Part shown: one piece after another, positions 28,381 through 39,711 of the stretch
Layout: each line of letters begins with the position of its first letter
Numbering within the stretch: position 1 is the first letter of the stretch
Assembly (NCBI GenBank): GCA_963719515.1
Contig: CAVRCJ010000019.1
Span: forward strand, 64,001-128,000
Reading direction: 5' to 3'
Length of the DNA stretch: 64,000 nucleotides
Source of the DNA: an uncultured cyanobacterium
GTDB lineage: Bacteria > Cyanobacteriota > Cyanobacteriia > CAKZMO01
Translations under genes and position numbers: made by a program
Notes under the pieces: model-generated
The model's input: only the letters and a program-made list of their open reading frames with translations
Told to the model about the DNA's origin: nothing
Databases searched by the model: none

Positions 28381-28582
28381 CAAGGCGGGCCGCTGTTGGC
28401 AGTGGCGATCGCCCACAACCCGGCCACGAAGACTCTTATTGCCGCCGCCTGCACAGGTTGACGGCGAGACGCTGGGCAGCCGCAGCACAGCATCCGTTAC
28501 AGGCTGCTCGCGGTTCTCGTTCAAGTCGTCAGCGGTTTTAGACTAAACTAATGACATCGCAATTTTCCAAGAGACGTCATCC

Positions 28583-28807
28583 ATGGACTTTGTACAGAAC
28601 AACCTCCTCGTCTTACTGATGTACGCTGGCCTCGGCGGTGCCTACCTGTTAGTGCTGCCCCTCGCCACGATGTTCTACCTCAAGGCCCGCTGGTACGACG
28701 CGAGCTCGCCCGAGCGCGTGCTCATGTACTTCTGCGTCTTTTTCTTCTTTCCCGGCCTGCTGGTCTTAAGCCCGTTTATCAACTTCCGTCCTCAAAAGCA
28801 AACCTAA
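28583..28807 (+). CDS. ndhL: NAD(P)H-quinone oxidoreductase subunit L
   Basis: [13 protein letters not shown]...[33 protein letters not shown]. Confidence 0.95.
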   Translation: MDFVQNNLLVLLMYAGLGGAYLLVLPLATMFYLKARWYDASSPERVLMYFCVFFFFPGLLVLSPFINFRPQKQT

Positions 28808-28816
28808 CTAAACCCC

Positions 28817-29179
28817 ATGCGACGGATAGACGTAATTGGAATTGGCGTAGGCGTCTTCCTCACCGGGGGCGCTATCTACATTTTGCTGCGGCTGGGCGGC
28901 ATCGATAGTGCCCAAGCCGGGATTTGGAGCCAGGTCATTTTCCTGGGCGGTCTTTTGGGATGGATTGTCACCTACGTCACTCGGGCTACCGGAGGCAACA
29001 TGACTATCCATCAGCAGATGAGGGATTACGAAGATGCCGTCTTGCAAAAACGGCTGGAGGAGCTGACCCCGGAAGAGTTTGCCAAGCTGCAGGCTGAGCT
29101 AGAGGCAGAAGTGGCCTCTGAAATGGCTTCCGAGACTGATTCGGAGGCTGACTCGGAGACGGTGTCTGAGGTGGAGTAG
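28817..29179 (+). CDS. DUF3007 family protein
   Basis: MRRIDVIGIG, AGIWSQ, MT...QMRDYEDAVLQKRLEELTPEE; usual ndhL neighbour. Confidence 0.92.
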   Translation: MRRIDVIGIGVGVFLTGGAIYILLRLGGIDSAQAGIWSQVIFLGGLLGWIVTYVTRATGGNMTIHQQMRDYEDAVLQKRLEELTPEEFAKLQAELEAEVASEMASETDSEADSETVSEVE

Positions 29180-29335
29180 CGCTAGTAGCGGCACGGCTGA
29201 CAGTGGCGGAAAAACTGGTGGAAGTCTTAGCCCCATTAAGGAGAGCTTGTTCCTGAAGAACTCCCCGGAATGGTAGAGCGTTTATCGCTATAATGACTTG
29301 TCGATATTTCACCGGCAGGCGACTTAGGAGCGATA

Positions 29336-31126
29336 ATGCGAACCCACTACTGCGGGCATCTTCGGGCAGAACAGATTGACGAAACCGTCACCCTTTACGG
29401 GTGGGTCGATCGTCGCCGTGACCACGGGGGTGTAATTTTTGTGGACCTGCGCGATCGCACCGGCATTGCCCAGATTGTCAGCGATCCCGAGCGGACTCCC
29501 GCGTCTTATCCTATTGCCAACGACCTGCGCAACGAGTACGTGGTCAAGGTCACGGGCCGCGCCTCCCGCAGGCCCCCCGAGTCCCTAAACCCCAAGCTGC
29601 CCACGGGCGAGGTGGAGATCTACGCCGACAGTATTGAAGTGCTGAGCGAAGTCCGTAAACCTTTGCCATTCCAAGTCTCCGTGGCAGAAACCGAGACGGT
29701 GCGCGAAGAGCTGCGCCTCAGGTATCGCTACTTAGATTTGCGGCGGGAGCGCATGACCCGTAATTTGATGCTGCGCCACGAGGTGGTCAAGGCCATGCGC
29801 CGCTTTCTCGAAGACCAAGAGGGCTTTGTGGAAGTCGAAACGCCGATACTGACTCGCTCTACCCCTGAAGGTGCCAGAGACTACCTAGTCCCCAGCCGCG
29901 CTAACCCCAGCCAGTGGTTCGCCCTGCCCCAGTCTCCTCAGCTGTTTAAGCAGATGCTGATGGTATCGGGGCTAGACCGCTACTACCAAATCGCTCGCTG
30001 CTTCCGCGACGAAGACCTGCGGGCCGATCGCCAGCCGGAGTTTACCCAGCTGGATATGGAGATGAGCTTTTTGTCTGAGGAGGAGATCCTAGACCTCAAT
30101 GAGCGGCTGGTGTGCCATATCTTTAAGGCCGTCAAAGGTATTGACGTGCTCCGCCCCTTCCCTCGCCTCACCTACGCCGAGGCCATGGACCGCTACGGCA
30201 GCGATAAGCCCGATACCCGCTACGGATTGGAGCTGGTGGATGTGTCCGATGTTGTGGCGGACTGCGGCTTCAAGGTGTTCTCCGGAGCGGTGAAGTCCGG
30301 CGGGGCGGTGAAAATTTTGCCCATTCCTGGTGGCAACGACGTCATCTCCAACGTGCGGATTAAGCCTGGCGGTGACCTGTTTAGCGAGGCGGCCACGGCA
30401 GGGGCCAAGGGGCTAGCCTTCATTCGCGTACGCGAGAACGGCATCGATACTATTGGCGCAATTAAGGACAACCTTAGCGACGAGCAAAAGCAAGAGATAC
30501 TCGAGCGTACTAACGCCAAGCCGGGTCACCTGCTGCTGTTTGCCGCTGCCGACACCCCCACAGCCAATAAAACTCTAGACCGGCTGCGGCAGGTGGTAGC
30601 AAAGGAAATGAATTTAATTCCAGCGGACGCCATCAACCTGCTGTGGGTCACCGAGTTTCCCATGTTTGAGTGGAACGCGGACCAAAAGCGCTACGAGGCC
30701 CTGCACCATCCCTTCACGGCTCCTTACCCTGAAGACAAGGGCGACCTCACCACTGCCCGCGCCCAAGCTTACGACATTGTACTCAACGGCTTTGAGGTGG
30801 GTGGCGGCAGCCTCAGAATCTACCAGCCCGACGTGCAGGCTCAGGTGTTCGAGATTATTGGCATGTCGAAGGAAGACGCCCACAACAAGTTTGGCTTTTT
30901 GCTGGAGGCCTTCGAATACGGTACCCCGCCCCACGGCGGCATTGCCTACGGCCTGGACCGACTGGTGATGCTGCTGGCCGGAGAAGAGTCGATTCGCGAT
31001 GCGATCGCCTTTCCGAAGACGCAGCAGGCCCGCTGTCTACTTACCGATGCGCCGTCGGGTGTGGACGAGGTCCAGCTGAAGGAGCTGCAGGTGACTTCCA
31101 CCTTCAAGCACAAGCAAAAATCGTAG
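29336..31126 (+). CDS. aspS: Aspartate-tRNA ligase
   Basis: [50 protein letters not shown]. Confidence 0.98.
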   Translation: MRTHYCGHLRAEQIDETVTLYGWVDRRRDHGGVIFVDLRDRTGIAQIVSDPERTPASYPIANDLRNEYVVKVTGRASRRPPESLNPKLPTGEVEIYADSIEVLSEVRKPLPFQVSVAETETVREELRLRYRYLDLRRERMTRNLMLRHEVVKAMRRFLEDQEGFVEVETPILTRSTPEGARDYLVPSRANPSQWFALPQSPQLFKQMLMVSGLDRYYQIARCFRDEDLRADRQPEFTQLDMEMSFLSEEEILDLNERLVCHIFKAVKGIDVLRPFPRLTYAEAMDRYGSDKPDTRYGLELVDVSDVVADCGFKVFSGAVKSGGAVKILPIPGGNDVISNVRIKPGGDLFSEAATAGAKGLAFIRVRENGIDTIGAIKDNLSDEQKQEILERTNAKPGHLLLFAAADTPTANKTLDRLRQVVAKEMNLIPADAINLLWVTEFPMFEWNADQKRYEALHHPFTAPYPEDKGDLTTARAQAYDIVLNGFEVGGGSLRIYQPDVQAQVFEIIGMSKEDAHNKFGFLLEAFEYGTPPHGGIAYGLDRLVMLLAGEESIRDAIAFPKTQQARCLLTDAPSGVDEVQLKELQVTSTFKHKQKS

Positions 31127-31150
31127 GGTGCGTCATCCGACGCGCCCTAC
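31123..31150. terminator. GTAG-type REP-like hairpin after aspS
   Basis: GTAGGGTGCGTC-ATCC-GACGCGCCCTAC. Confidence 0.6.
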
Positions 31151-31188
31151 TGTAAACGCCTGACGACGCAATTCCACTGGAACAGACC

Positions 31189-32025
31189 GTGACCCAAGCC
31201 ACCACCGACTCGAAACTTGAATTTCTTAGCTTTGCCCGCGAGCTGGCGACCCAGGCTGAGGCGGTGATCATGCCTCACTTTAGAAGCCATGTCGTCAGCT
31301 ACAAGGCGGACGGGTCAGAGGTGACGATCGCTGACCAGCAGGGCGAAGCGATGATGCGGCAGCTCATTAGCGATCGCTACCCCCACCACGGCATTTTGGG
31401 AGAAGAGTACGGCGAGTCTGGAGCGGGCGCTGAGCATCGCTGGCTGCTAGATCCCATTGACGGTACGGCGTGGTTTACGCTGGGGATGCCGCTGTTTGGA
31501 ACCCTGATCGCGCTCCTAGAAGGCAATGAACCGATCTTAGGCGTCATCCACTGGCCGGGCTTGAAGGAAACGGTATACGCCGCTAAAGGCCACGGCTGTT
31601 GGTTTCAAAGTCCCGGCAGCGAGCCGATGCGCATCCGGGTGAGCGCCCCCCCCGCGCTGCCTGAGGCGATCGCTTCAGCGACGGGTGTCCATAGCTCTGA
31701 CATTCAGTGCGGCCCCGAAGAGACCCCCTACCGGCTCACTCAGCTCATCCACCGGGTCCGTAAGTTCCGCTTTTGCTCAGACTGCAACCAGCATGCCTTA
31801 GTGTGCCGCGGCAAGCTGCACGCGGCGGTAGATACGCTCATGAACCCTTGGGATATTGCGGCGCTGGTGCCCTGTGTGGAAGAGGCAGGGGGCAAGGTCA
31901 CCAACCTGGCAGGCGATCGCCACAATATTGTGTTTGGAGGCAGCCTGCTGTCAACCTGCGGGGAGCCGCTACACCGGACGGTGCTTGAAGTTCTTCGGCC
32001 CTCGGTGCAAAGCCAGTGGCTATAG
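31189..32025 (+). CDS. Inositol monophosphatase family protein (histidinol-phosphatase-like)
   Basis: VTIAD, ILGEE, WLLDPIDGT, PWDIAALVP.VEEAGG. Confidence 0.9.
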   Translation: MTQATTDSKLEFLSFARELATQAEAVIMPHFRSHVVSYKADGSEVTIADQQGEAMMRQLISDRYPHHGILGEEYGESGAGAEHRWLLDPIDGTAWFTLGMPLFGTLIALLEGNEPILGVIHWPGLKETVYAAKGHGCWFQSPGSEPMRIRVSAPPALPEAIASATGVHSSDIQCGPEETPYRLTQLIHRVRKFRFCSDCNQHALVCRGKLHAAVDTLMNPWDIAALVPCVEEAGGKVTNLAGDRHNIVFGGSLLSTCGEPLHRTVLEVLRPSVQSQWL

Positions 32026-32052
32026 CCTCAGCTCTCTCAGAGATTATGGCTG

Positions 32053-32841
32053 CTAAGATTCGTAAGGGTTTCTGGGTTCTGGGATTTCCGCCAGCTCGTC
32101 TGCCTGAATGACGAGCTGGCGATCGCCGTTGAGGGTCTCGCTGGTCATTTCTCCGGTTACGCGCACCCACTGGTCCGCCGGTGGTGGGGTAGTGAGGGCG
32201 GGAAACCTGACCGGTAACCCAACGGGGTAAGCGTCTGCGGCGCAGCAGGTAATGACAAAGCGGGAGAGGATGAGATAACCGTCAGGCAGCTCAGCGGGGA
32301 AAACCACAAACCCATCGACGTTTACGGGCTGGCCGACATAGGCGTCGGGCTCGGGATAGACGTTGAGGGTGCCGACCCAGTCGAGAAGCGATTTTTCGCT
32401 CGGGTCTGAAGAAACGCTGAAGGACTGCGGCTGGGGACGCGTTAGCGTTAGGGTTTCGGTAACGCCCCGCTGGAGGGCAATATCGCTGGTGAACGGACGG
32501 GGGGACAAGACAAAGCCCACTAAGGCAATACTGAGCAGCAGCAGGGTGCTCCAGCGGCGGGGAATGAGGGAAACATGCCGGGCTGATGGAATCCGCTGCC
32601 GCACGGATAGCCGCTGCAGCATCCGCCAAACCCCGAGGCCCAAGAGCACGAAGCCCGCAACGACCGCCAGCCAAATGTAGTTGGGATGCAGCAAAAAGTA
32701 GATCTGCCCCGAAATCCAGTACTTCAGCAGCAGCAATCCCCAGCTGATCAAGACGGCAACGTCGAGCCAGTCGAGCCAGTTCGACTGCGGGGGCCGGGAG
32801 CCGGGAGAGGCAAACTTAGGTGGACGGGAGCGCACAGTCAT
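32053..32841 (-). CDS. TIGR03943/YcgQ family putative permease subunit
   Basis: YPEPDAY.GQ.V...GFV, RFVITCCAADAYPVG, IPEPRNPY. Confidence 0.9.
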   Translation of the reverse strand: MTVRSRPPKFASPGSRPPQSNWLDWLDVAVLISWGLLLLKYWISGQIYFLLHPNYIWLAVVAGFVLLGLGVWRMLQRLSVRQRIPSARHVSLIPRRWSTLLLLSIALVGFVLSPRPFTSDIALQRGVTETLTLTRPQPQSFSVSSDPSEKSLLDWVGTLNVYPEPDAYVGQPVNVDGFVVFPAELPDGYLILSRFVITCCAADAYPVGLPVRFPALTTPPPADQWVRVTGEMTSETLNGDRQLVIQADELAEIPEPRNPYES

Positions 32842-32843
32842 AG

Positions 32844-33851
32844 CTATCCCCGGTAGACGTTGACCAACATCGCCGCCAGGAAGGTCAACTGTCCTGTGAG
32901 GGCAAAAAGGTAAAAGATAATTCGACCGCGAAACACTGACAGTAGCAGGCCAACGTTTTTAATGTCAATCATGGGGCCGAACACTAAAAAGGCCAAAATT
33001 GACCCTTCAGTAAACAGAGAGGCAAACGACAGCGCAAAGAATGAATCCACTGTGGAGCAAATGGAGACCACTGCGGCCAGCAGCATCATGGCCAGGATTG
33101 ACGTAATCGGCCCCTGACCTAGGGCCACGATGCTCTCCCTCGGAACCGCCACCTGCACGACCGCCGCTAGGGCGCTCCCTAAAATCAGCAGCCCCCCCAA
33201 GTCTCTTAGCTCAGAGATGATATTTTCCAGCATCTGCGATCGCCGGCTGGTCCAAGACAGGGCAGGGGCCACGTTTCCGGTCTCCAGCGCCATCTGGGGC
33301 TGCCCCAAAAAGTAGGTTCCGGGCTGCAGCAGAGCACTGGCGCCGGGTTCTGCGGTGAGGGGTGTGCTTCTAAAATGACTCTCTAGAGCACGGGTGACGG
33401 CAGGCTGTAAAAATGGACGCAGATCGCGCTGAACGCTAAATATCCAGGCAACGGTTATGGCGATCGCCAGGGTAAAGACCACCCGGAAAACGACGATCTC
33501 TGGCTGGTTGCGAAACGCGACCCAGGTGGCCCAAATGACGATGGGGTTGATGGTGGGAGCTGCCAGCAAAAAACCAATCGCTACCGAGGGGGACACCCCT
33601 TTGATGAGCAGCCGTCGCGCGACGGGAACATTGCCGCACTCGCACACAGGGAACAGACAGCCAAACAGGCTACCGGCGATCGCACCCAAAAGGGGATGGC
33701 GGGGTAGCACTGCGACCAGGCGGGCTTCGTCAACCACGGCGAGCAGAACGCTGGAGAACATAACGCCCAGCAGCAAAAAGGGCATCGCCTCCACAAGAAG
33801 GCTGAAGAAGAGCGTCAGCATATCGCCAAGCTGACCAGTGAGTTGACCCAT
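32844..33851 (-). CDS. Putative permease (DUF318/YcgR family)
   Basis: LVEAMPFLLLG, FPVCECGNVPVARR, SICSTVD, GPMIDIK. Confidence 0.92.
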   Translation of the reverse strand: MGQLTGQLGDMLTLFFSLLVEAMPFLLLGVMFSSVLLAVVDEARLVAVLPRHPLLGAIAGSLFGCLFPVCECGNVPVARRLLIKGVSPSVAIGFLLAAPTINPIVIWATWVAFRNQPEIVVFRVVFTLAIAITVAWIFSVQRDLRPFLQPAVTRALESHFRSTPLTAEPGASALLQPGTYFLGQPQMALETGNVAPALSWTSRRSQMLENIISELRDLGGLLILGSALAAVVQVAVPRESIVALGQGPITSILAMMLLAAVVSICSTVDSFFALSFASLFTEGSILAFLVFGPMIDIKNVGLLLSVFRGRIIFYLFALTGQLTFLAAMLVNVYRG

Positions 33852-33959
33852 GAAAAACCTAGTTTGGCTAGTTTAGTGAGAAACACAATTGGGCTTAGCT
33901 TACGAGTTTAGCAATAACGGTAAACGACGTAAACCAGTCCCTGCCGTGATCCCCCGGCG

Positions 33960-34673
33960 CTAGCCGTAGCCATTCTCCGCTAAAAACGCTGCTGTGACCC
34001 AATCTGACGGGCTTCGATGCTCAGCCGCAGACTGGTTCAAATTCGCCTCACCTCCTGCCCCCCGTCCTCCGGTCAAAAACTTTTCAACGTACTTTCCCAA
34101 CACATCGGCCTCAATGTTGACGGGGCTTTGAGGCTGTAAAAATTGGAGGTTGGTGTGCTGGTAGGTCAGGGGAATGACGGCGACGCTGAACCGATCGCCT
34201 GTCGAACTGCAGTTGGCCACGGTCAGGCTGATACCGTTGACGGCGACGCTGCCTTTTTCGACGATGTAGCGGGCGATCGCTTCGGGAACCTGAATGCTCA
34301 GCTCCCAAGCCTCTGCGGTTTGAGCTGCTTTCTGCAAATAGCCAACGCCGTCGATATGGCCCGTGACGAAGTGGCCGCCGAGCTTGCTGCCCACCCGTAG
34401 CGATGCCTCCAGGTTGACCATCGAGCGGGGAAACAGCTCGCCCAGCGTTGTCCGCTTTAGGGTCTCCGGCGAGACGGCGGCGGTAAAGCCCTGGGCGAGC
34501 ACTTGGGTGACGGTCAAGCAGATGCCGTCGACGGCGATGCTGTCACCGATGGTGATGTCGTCATAAGGTGCCAGCTGTGAGGCGCGGCCCGCTGCACTGT
34601 GCCAAGACAGCTGGACCTGTTGCGCATCGATTGCATCGATCGTGCCCATCGCCTGAACGAGACCAGTAAACAT
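33960..34673 (-). CDS. ribE: Riboflavin synthase alpha chain
   Basis: MFTGLV, GDSIAVDGICLTV, GGHFVTGHIDG, KGSVAVNGISLT. Confidence 0.96.
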   Translation of the reverse strand: MFTGLVQAMGTIDAIDAQQVQLSWHSAAGRASQLAPYDDITIGDSIAVDGICLTVTQVLAQGFTAAVSPETLKRTTLGELFPRSMVNLEASLRVGSKLGGHFVTGHIDGVGYLQKAAQTAEAWELSIQVPEAIARYIVEKGSVAVNGISLTVANCSSTGDRFSVAVIPLTYQHTNLQFLQPQSPVNIEADVLGKYVEKFLTGGRGAGGEANLNQSAAEHRSPSDWVTAAFLAENGYG

Positions 34674-35066
34674 TGGGTTAAGCGGTGATTACCGGGAAGG
34701 TGACAAAGGTTTTCCATTTTCTATTCTAACGGCTGGTCGGGGCAGCGGACTGGACCTGACGACATCGTCAGGCTGTCTCTCCCTCAAACTCGACTTTGAA
34801 AGCCGGGGATCAAGCGGGACGCCGATTTAAATTTACTTAGCAATTGAGCGGTTTACTGTACCCAGACCGTAATTTTGCGTTTATCCTTGACATATCGTTA
34901 ATGAGTCGGGTCGGTAAATATTGCGTTGGCCCTATCCTTGAGATGCTGCTTTGGTCTCAAAGCCCAACGTTATGCAGGCGACACAAGCAACTGTCCTCGT
35001 GCAATAGGATGACTGCTGTCTCATTTACTGGTAGTTCCTTGCTCAATGGATTTTGGAGGCTAAGTA

Positions 35067-35570
35067 ATGCTAGAAATGAAGCTCGCTGGTATTGCTCTCG
35101 ATGCAGCAACCCGCAGTCCGATTGTTCTGCTGCGAGACGTTGCCGACCGGCGGCAGCTGCCCATTTTTATTAGCCAAGACCAGGCCCGCTCCATCATCAA
35201 CGCCTTAGACAACCAGGCCCCCCCCCGTCCCCTCACCCACGATCTAATCGTCAACATATTCGACGAGTGGGATATGGAATTAGAGCGCATTGTCATCCAT
35301 TCCCTCCAAGACAGCACCTTCTACGCCACGCTAATTCTCCGGCGAGGCGAGGATTGTAAAGAGATCGACTCTCGACCCAGTGATGCGATCGCCATTGCTC
35401 TCCGCACTGATAGCCCCATCTGGGTGATGGAAGAAGTTGTCGCTGAGGCGGCCATGCCCGTCGACCGAGATGCTGACGAAGCTGAGCGACTGGCCTTTCG
35501 AAGCTTTGTCGCCGATTTGAGCCCCAAAGATTTTGCCGAGCGTGGTCGCCTCAGCAGCGAAGGCGCTTAG
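35067..35570 (+). CDS. Bifunctional nuclease family protein (DUF151)
   Basis: PIVLL, RQLPIFI, PRPLTHDL, IDSRPSDAIAIALR. Confidence 0.93.
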   Translation: MLEMKLAGIALDAATRSPIVLLRDVADRRQLPIFISQDQARSIINALDNQAPPRPLTHDLIVNIFDEWDMELERIVIHSLQDSTFYATLILRRGEDCKEIDSRPSDAIAIALRTDSPIWVMEEVVAEAAMPVDRDADEAERLAFRSFVADLSPKDFAERGRLSSEGA

Positions 35571-35597
35571 GGGTCGGCCCTATTGAGGGGCTATCCG

Positions 35598-36722
35598 ATG
35601 CAATACCGGCGATTTGGACGCACCGAGATAGAAATATCTGTCGCTTCTTTGGGGACCATGCGCCTGTCTTCTCAGGCGCTTGCGCAGCAGGTCATCTCTA
35701 AAGCGATCGCTGCCGGAATCAACCATATTGAAACTGCTCGCGGATACGGCAGCTGCGAGACCTACGTGGGTAGAGCTTTGGCGGCGCTGGGTGTCTCGCG
35801 GGAGCGCCTCTATATCACCTCTAAGATTTTGCCTACAGCCGACGCCGCTGTCGCCGAACGGGCTATTGACCAGTCGCTGGGCGAGCTGAGAACCAGCTAT
35901 CTCGACGGCTTAGCGCTCCACGGCGTCAACACCCCTGAGCAGCTCGCCCACATCGAGTCTCCCACAGGCTGCTGGCGGGCCATCGAAAAGGCGGTCGATG
36001 ACGGCCGGGTGCGTCGCGTGGGCTTTTCTACCCACGGGCCTTTGGCGGTGATTCAGCAGGCGATCGAAAGCGATCGCTTTGCGTTCGTCAACCTGCACTA
36101 CTATCTGTTTTTTCAGCGCAACGCGGCGGCGATCGCTCTAGCCCATCAAAAAGACATGGGTGTATTCATTATTTCCCCTGCGGATAAGGGCGGGCTGCTG
36201 CATGCTCCGCCGCCGAGGCTCGTGGACGCTTGCCGTCCCTACTCGCCCCTAGGCCTCAGCTACCGCTTCCTGCTGAGCGACCCGCGCATCTCGACCCTGA
36301 GCTTGGGGCCCTCTAAGCCTGAGGAGCTTGACGGGCCGCTGGCGCTGCTGCAGCTAGGGGAACTGACCTCGAACGAAAAATCTGCCCTGCAGCGACTCGC
36401 TGCCCAAGCCGCCGAGCGCCTAGGGACGACTCAGTGCCAGCAGTGCTACCAATGTCTCCCCTGCCCAGAGGCGATTCATATTCCGGAAGTCCTACGGCTC
36501 AGAAATCTAGCTGTCGCCCACGATATGAGTGAGTATGGCCGCTATCGCTACGGCATGTTTGAGAACGCAGGGCATTGGTTCCCAGGGCAGCGGGGCAGCC
36601 GCTGCACCGACTGCGGGGACTGTCTGCCGCGCTGCCCTGAGGCCTTACCCATTCCAGAGCTACTGCGCGACGCGGATAAGCGGCTTGCGGGCTCTTCCCG
36701 CCGCAGGCTGTGGAGCGATTAG
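35598..36722 (+). CDS. Aldo/keto reductase with C-terminal 4Fe-4S domain
   Basis: YRRFGRT, SLGTMR, HIETARGYG, GFSTHG; CQQCYQCLPCP and CTDCGDCLPRCP. Confidence 0.93.
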   Translation: MQYRRFGRTEIEISVASLGTMRLSSQALAQQVISKAIAAGINHIETARGYGSCETYVGRALAALGVSRERLYITSKILPTADAAVAERAIDQSLGELRTSYLDGLALHGVNTPEQLAHIESPTGCWRAIEKAVDDGRVRRVGFSTHGPLAVIQQAIESDRFAFVNLHYYLFFQRNAAAIALAHQKDMGVFIISPADKGGLLHAPPPRLVDACRPYSPLGLSYRFLLSDPRISTLSLGPSKPEELDGPLALLQLGELTSNEKSALQRLAAQAAERLGTTQCQQCYQCLPCPEAIHIPEVLRLRNLAVAHDMSEYGRYRYGMFENAGHWFPGQRGSRCTDCGDCLPRCPEALPIPELLRDADKRLAGSSRRRLWSD

Positions 36723-36788
36723 CTTTATCTAGCCGCATCCAGCTGCCTCTAATCACGATCACCAAGCTGGGAGGGTAGGTCAAGGCCT

Positions 36789-38375
36789 CTAGCTTGCTTC
36801 AGCCTGCTCCAGCGGCAAAAAGATGGTCACGACTTCGCCCTGCTGGGGATGATTGCGAATTGTGAACTTGCCCCCCAGCGCCTGAAACAGATTTTTGGTG
36901 ATGTTCAAGTTGAGGCTTAAGTTGCCCGTCTCGGGCTGAAACATTAGGAGCTGACCGATAGACTTGAGGGTTAAGGAGGGAGAAAATAGGCTAGACAGGG
37001 GATTGGTGGACCAGGCTCCTTTTGAATCGCTCGCTGAGGCCGGTTCGGCAGCCCGTGAATAGAGCTGCAGCTTTAGCTGATTTCCGGCAGGAATGACGCG
37101 CATTTGAATATGGCTGCCAGCGGGTAGCGCATGGGTCACCCTGTCGATCAGGCCAGTTAACATCTGATCGAGCATTGCCGGGTCGCTCAGGACCGTGGGC
37201 AGCGAGTTGGCCCAACCGACATCGAGGGTCAAGTCACGCTCCTCAGCCTGCTGCTTCCAGCGCCCTAGATTCTTTTGGAACAGCTCTTCCAAGGAGATTT
37301 TGGCCAGCGGGCTGGTCTGCCGTGAGGCCTCCGTTTCTAGCTCTACCGCTCGGAAAAATAGACCAAACCGTTCAATCTGCCGAGTACATTCGCGATCGAT
37401 CGTTGTCAACCGCTTGACGGCCTGAGCTGGGAGATCCCGCCGTCGCAGCAGCAGGCGGGTGAGGGTGCGAATGGTGGAGAGGGGCGTGCGCACCTCATGG
37501 GCGATCGCCTTTAAAAGCTCCGCGTCGGCGCTGTCGCCAGAAACCGCATGGGACCGAAGATGTTCATCGACTACAGCAGCGTTAGCGGCGGCGGCGTTGA
37601 AGACTGACTTATGATCTGGGCGATCGCCCTCTCCCCAGTCCAGCGCCGTTTGCGCCTCGGCGTTGTGGCGCGGTTTACCCACTTGCTCAACGGTACGGGA
37701 GCGTGAGGGTTCAGCGGTTGCCAATGAGGCCAACAGCCGGCGGCTGAAGCCGGAAACCAGCTGATAGTCTGGCGGGCGGGGCGCAAACTGCTGCACTAGC
37801 GGATCGAGATGAGCTAGGGCTTCAGGGTTTGTCAACTTTACTCGGGTTCTCAGCGCCTGCCAGCACTGAGAGACCACCTCTGGGTCAAACGAAAAGTTGA
37901 AGACCTGACGGCGCTCCGCTGCGGCATGGCCTTCGTTCGGCTCGTTCCCCAGCGTGACGACGAGGCTAAATTCTGCTGTTAGCACAACGTAAAATGACTC
38001 TGTTGCCAGGGGATCGCCGGCCAGCAGGGAGATCGAGTGAGCAGGCTGACAGTTCCCTGCCGCTGTGGTTGTGGGCAGCTGCTTACGCAGTGACGATGTC
38101 CAGCTGCCGGCAAACGTCCAATCCGAAAATTGGTGCCTCAGCTGTGCCTCATGGACAATAGGCATCGGCCCCGACAGCACTACGCCCTCTTGCGGCAGTA
38201 GCGAGTTGGCCTGGATGGTTTTGCTTCCCTGAAAGAGCTGGTCTAGCAGCTCGTTTAGCGCGGTAATAGAGCCATACCATTGGCTAGTAGCCTGCCCTAA
38301 GCCGCCACTGCCTGCCGAGGAAAGCTCCAGTGATAAAATAATTTCACTGAGGGTGGGTAAGTACCAGCGGTGCAT
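36789..38375 (-). CDS. Soluble sensor histidine kinase, Hik34-like
   Basis: H-box AHEVRTPLSTIRTL; atypical ATPase region LMFQPETGNLSLNL; no TM segment. Confidence 0.85.
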   Translation of the reverse strand: MHRWYLPTLSEIILSLELSSAGSGGLGQATSQWYGSITALNELLDQLFQGSKTIQANSLLPQEGVVLSGPMPIVHEAQLRHQFSDWTFAGSWTSSLRKQLPTTTAAGNCQPAHSISLLAGDPLATESFYVVLTAEFSLVVTLGNEPNEGHAAAERRQVFNFSFDPEVVSQCWQALRTRVKLTNPEALAHLDPLVQQFAPRPPDYQLVSGFSRRLLASLATAEPSRSRTVEQVGKPRHNAEAQTALDWGEGDRPDHKSVFNAAAANAAVVDEHLRSHAVSGDSADAELLKAIAHEVRTPLSTIRTLTRLLLRRRDLPAQAVKRLTTIDRECTRQIERFGLFFRAVELETEASRQTSPLAKISLEELFQKNLGRWKQQAEERDLTLDVGWANSLPTVLSDPAMLDQMLTGLIDRVTHALPAGSHIQMRVIPAGNQLKLQLYSRAAEPASASDSKGAWSTNPLSSLFSPSLTLKSIGQLLMFQPETGNLSLNLNITKNLFQALGGKFTIRNHPQQGEVVTIFLPLEQAEAS

Positions 38376-38619
38376 GTCAAGGGGTCCAAGGTGTATCCAG
38401 CTACAGGGTTGAGCCTGGAATAAATTGAGTTTGGGTAACGCGGCGCTTATCCTGATGCTTTTTCAGGCATAGCGCCTTTCAAAGAAAGTCCTGCGACCGG
38501 ATCAAAAGGGCATATTCCAAACTGCTGCCTTAAGCATACGAGGACAATGTTGGCAGGGGTAGCCTCTCAACCGAACGTCATTGGTTGAGATCACCGTATG
38601 GCTGTGTCAGTTGGCTGTG

Positions 38620-39330
38620 TCAGTGAAAGTCGGCCTGGTGGAAGTCGATTTGCGGCGACGCCACGGCCAATAGCCCCAGCACCGGCAGCGCTAACCGCTG
38701 CAGTGCCTCTGCCGCAGCCCTCGCCGTGGCTCCTGTGGTGTAGATGTCGTCAACTAGCAAGACGGCGTGGCGCGACTTGAGAAGGGTTGGGCTGGGGGAA
38801 AACGCGCCTGAGAGGTTAGCGTCTCGCTGGACGGGGGAGAGGCCAAACTGGGCTGTCGTGGCTCGCTCTCGAATGAGACCGCGCTGGCTTAGCGGTAGAC
38901 GGGCTGCAGCACAAAACTGCTGAGCCAAGAGCACCGCCTGGTCATAGCCGCGCTGACGACGCTTCTCATCATGCATAGGAATGGGCACAACCACGATGCG
39001 ACGGGTGCTGCGCAGGCTGGCGCATTCTGCTGACTCTAGCCAGGCTTGCGCCAGCCAATGACCCAACGGCCGGGAAATTCTCGTCTGCCGCTCATACTTT
39101 AGGGCCGCTAGCGATCGCCGTAGAGCCCCCCCATACTGCCCCCAAGGGAAGACGGGAAGCGATGAGCGCCAAAATCGTTGGCGAGACAGATACTGCTGGC
39201 GGCGAATCTGTTGCTGACACCGGGAGCACATTGCCGCAGCTGCGGGGCGATCGCACAGGGGACAGCGAGATTGAAACGCGAGATTGAGGAGCGTCTTGCC
39301 ATAGCCGCATAGCTTGTGCTGATAATCCAC
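38620..39330 (-). CDS. comF: ComF family phosphoribosyltransferase-like competence protein
   Basis: CPLC...CSRC, VPIPMH..K.RQRGYDQ, LLVDDIYTTGAT. Confidence 0.92.
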   Translation of the reverse strand: MDYQHKLCGYGKTLLNLAFQSRCPLCDRPAAAAMCSRCQQQIRRQQYLSRQRFWRSSLPVFPWGQYGGALRRSLAALKYERQTRISRPLGHWLAQAWLESAECASLRSTRRIVVVPIPMHDEKRRQRGYDQAVLLAQQFCAAARLPLSQRGLIRERATTAQFGLSPVQRDANLSGAFSPSPTLLKSRHAVLLVDDIYTTGATARAAAEALQRLALPVLGLLAVASPQIDFHQADFH

Positions 39331-39711
39331 CGCTGAGCCCTACCCTCTTTTCCTGTCTGCTCCAATAGCGTTCCCCGAACGGAACCTCTTAGTAGCTCGC
39401 ATTAAAGTTTGAGGAACAAGACGGAAGTTGAATAGTCGGATGCTTGAGAAGGCTCAATATAGCCGATCGGTAACAAATTGCTGCTGGGCAAGGGCGATCG
39501 CATCTGAATCGATTATCATAGGCTCATTCACAACGTCAAAGCTTGGTATGGACTGTAAACCTGCCTAAGCTGACCCCCCAACCTGACCCTTGATTCTCAC
39601 TAGTTCCGTACGACTTAAGCCAACCTTAACCTCCAGTGAGTTTAGTGCATTGGCTGCCAGCAAATCACTTTATTAACGATTAAAATTTTTACAACGTAAA
39701 TCTTTTTGTCG

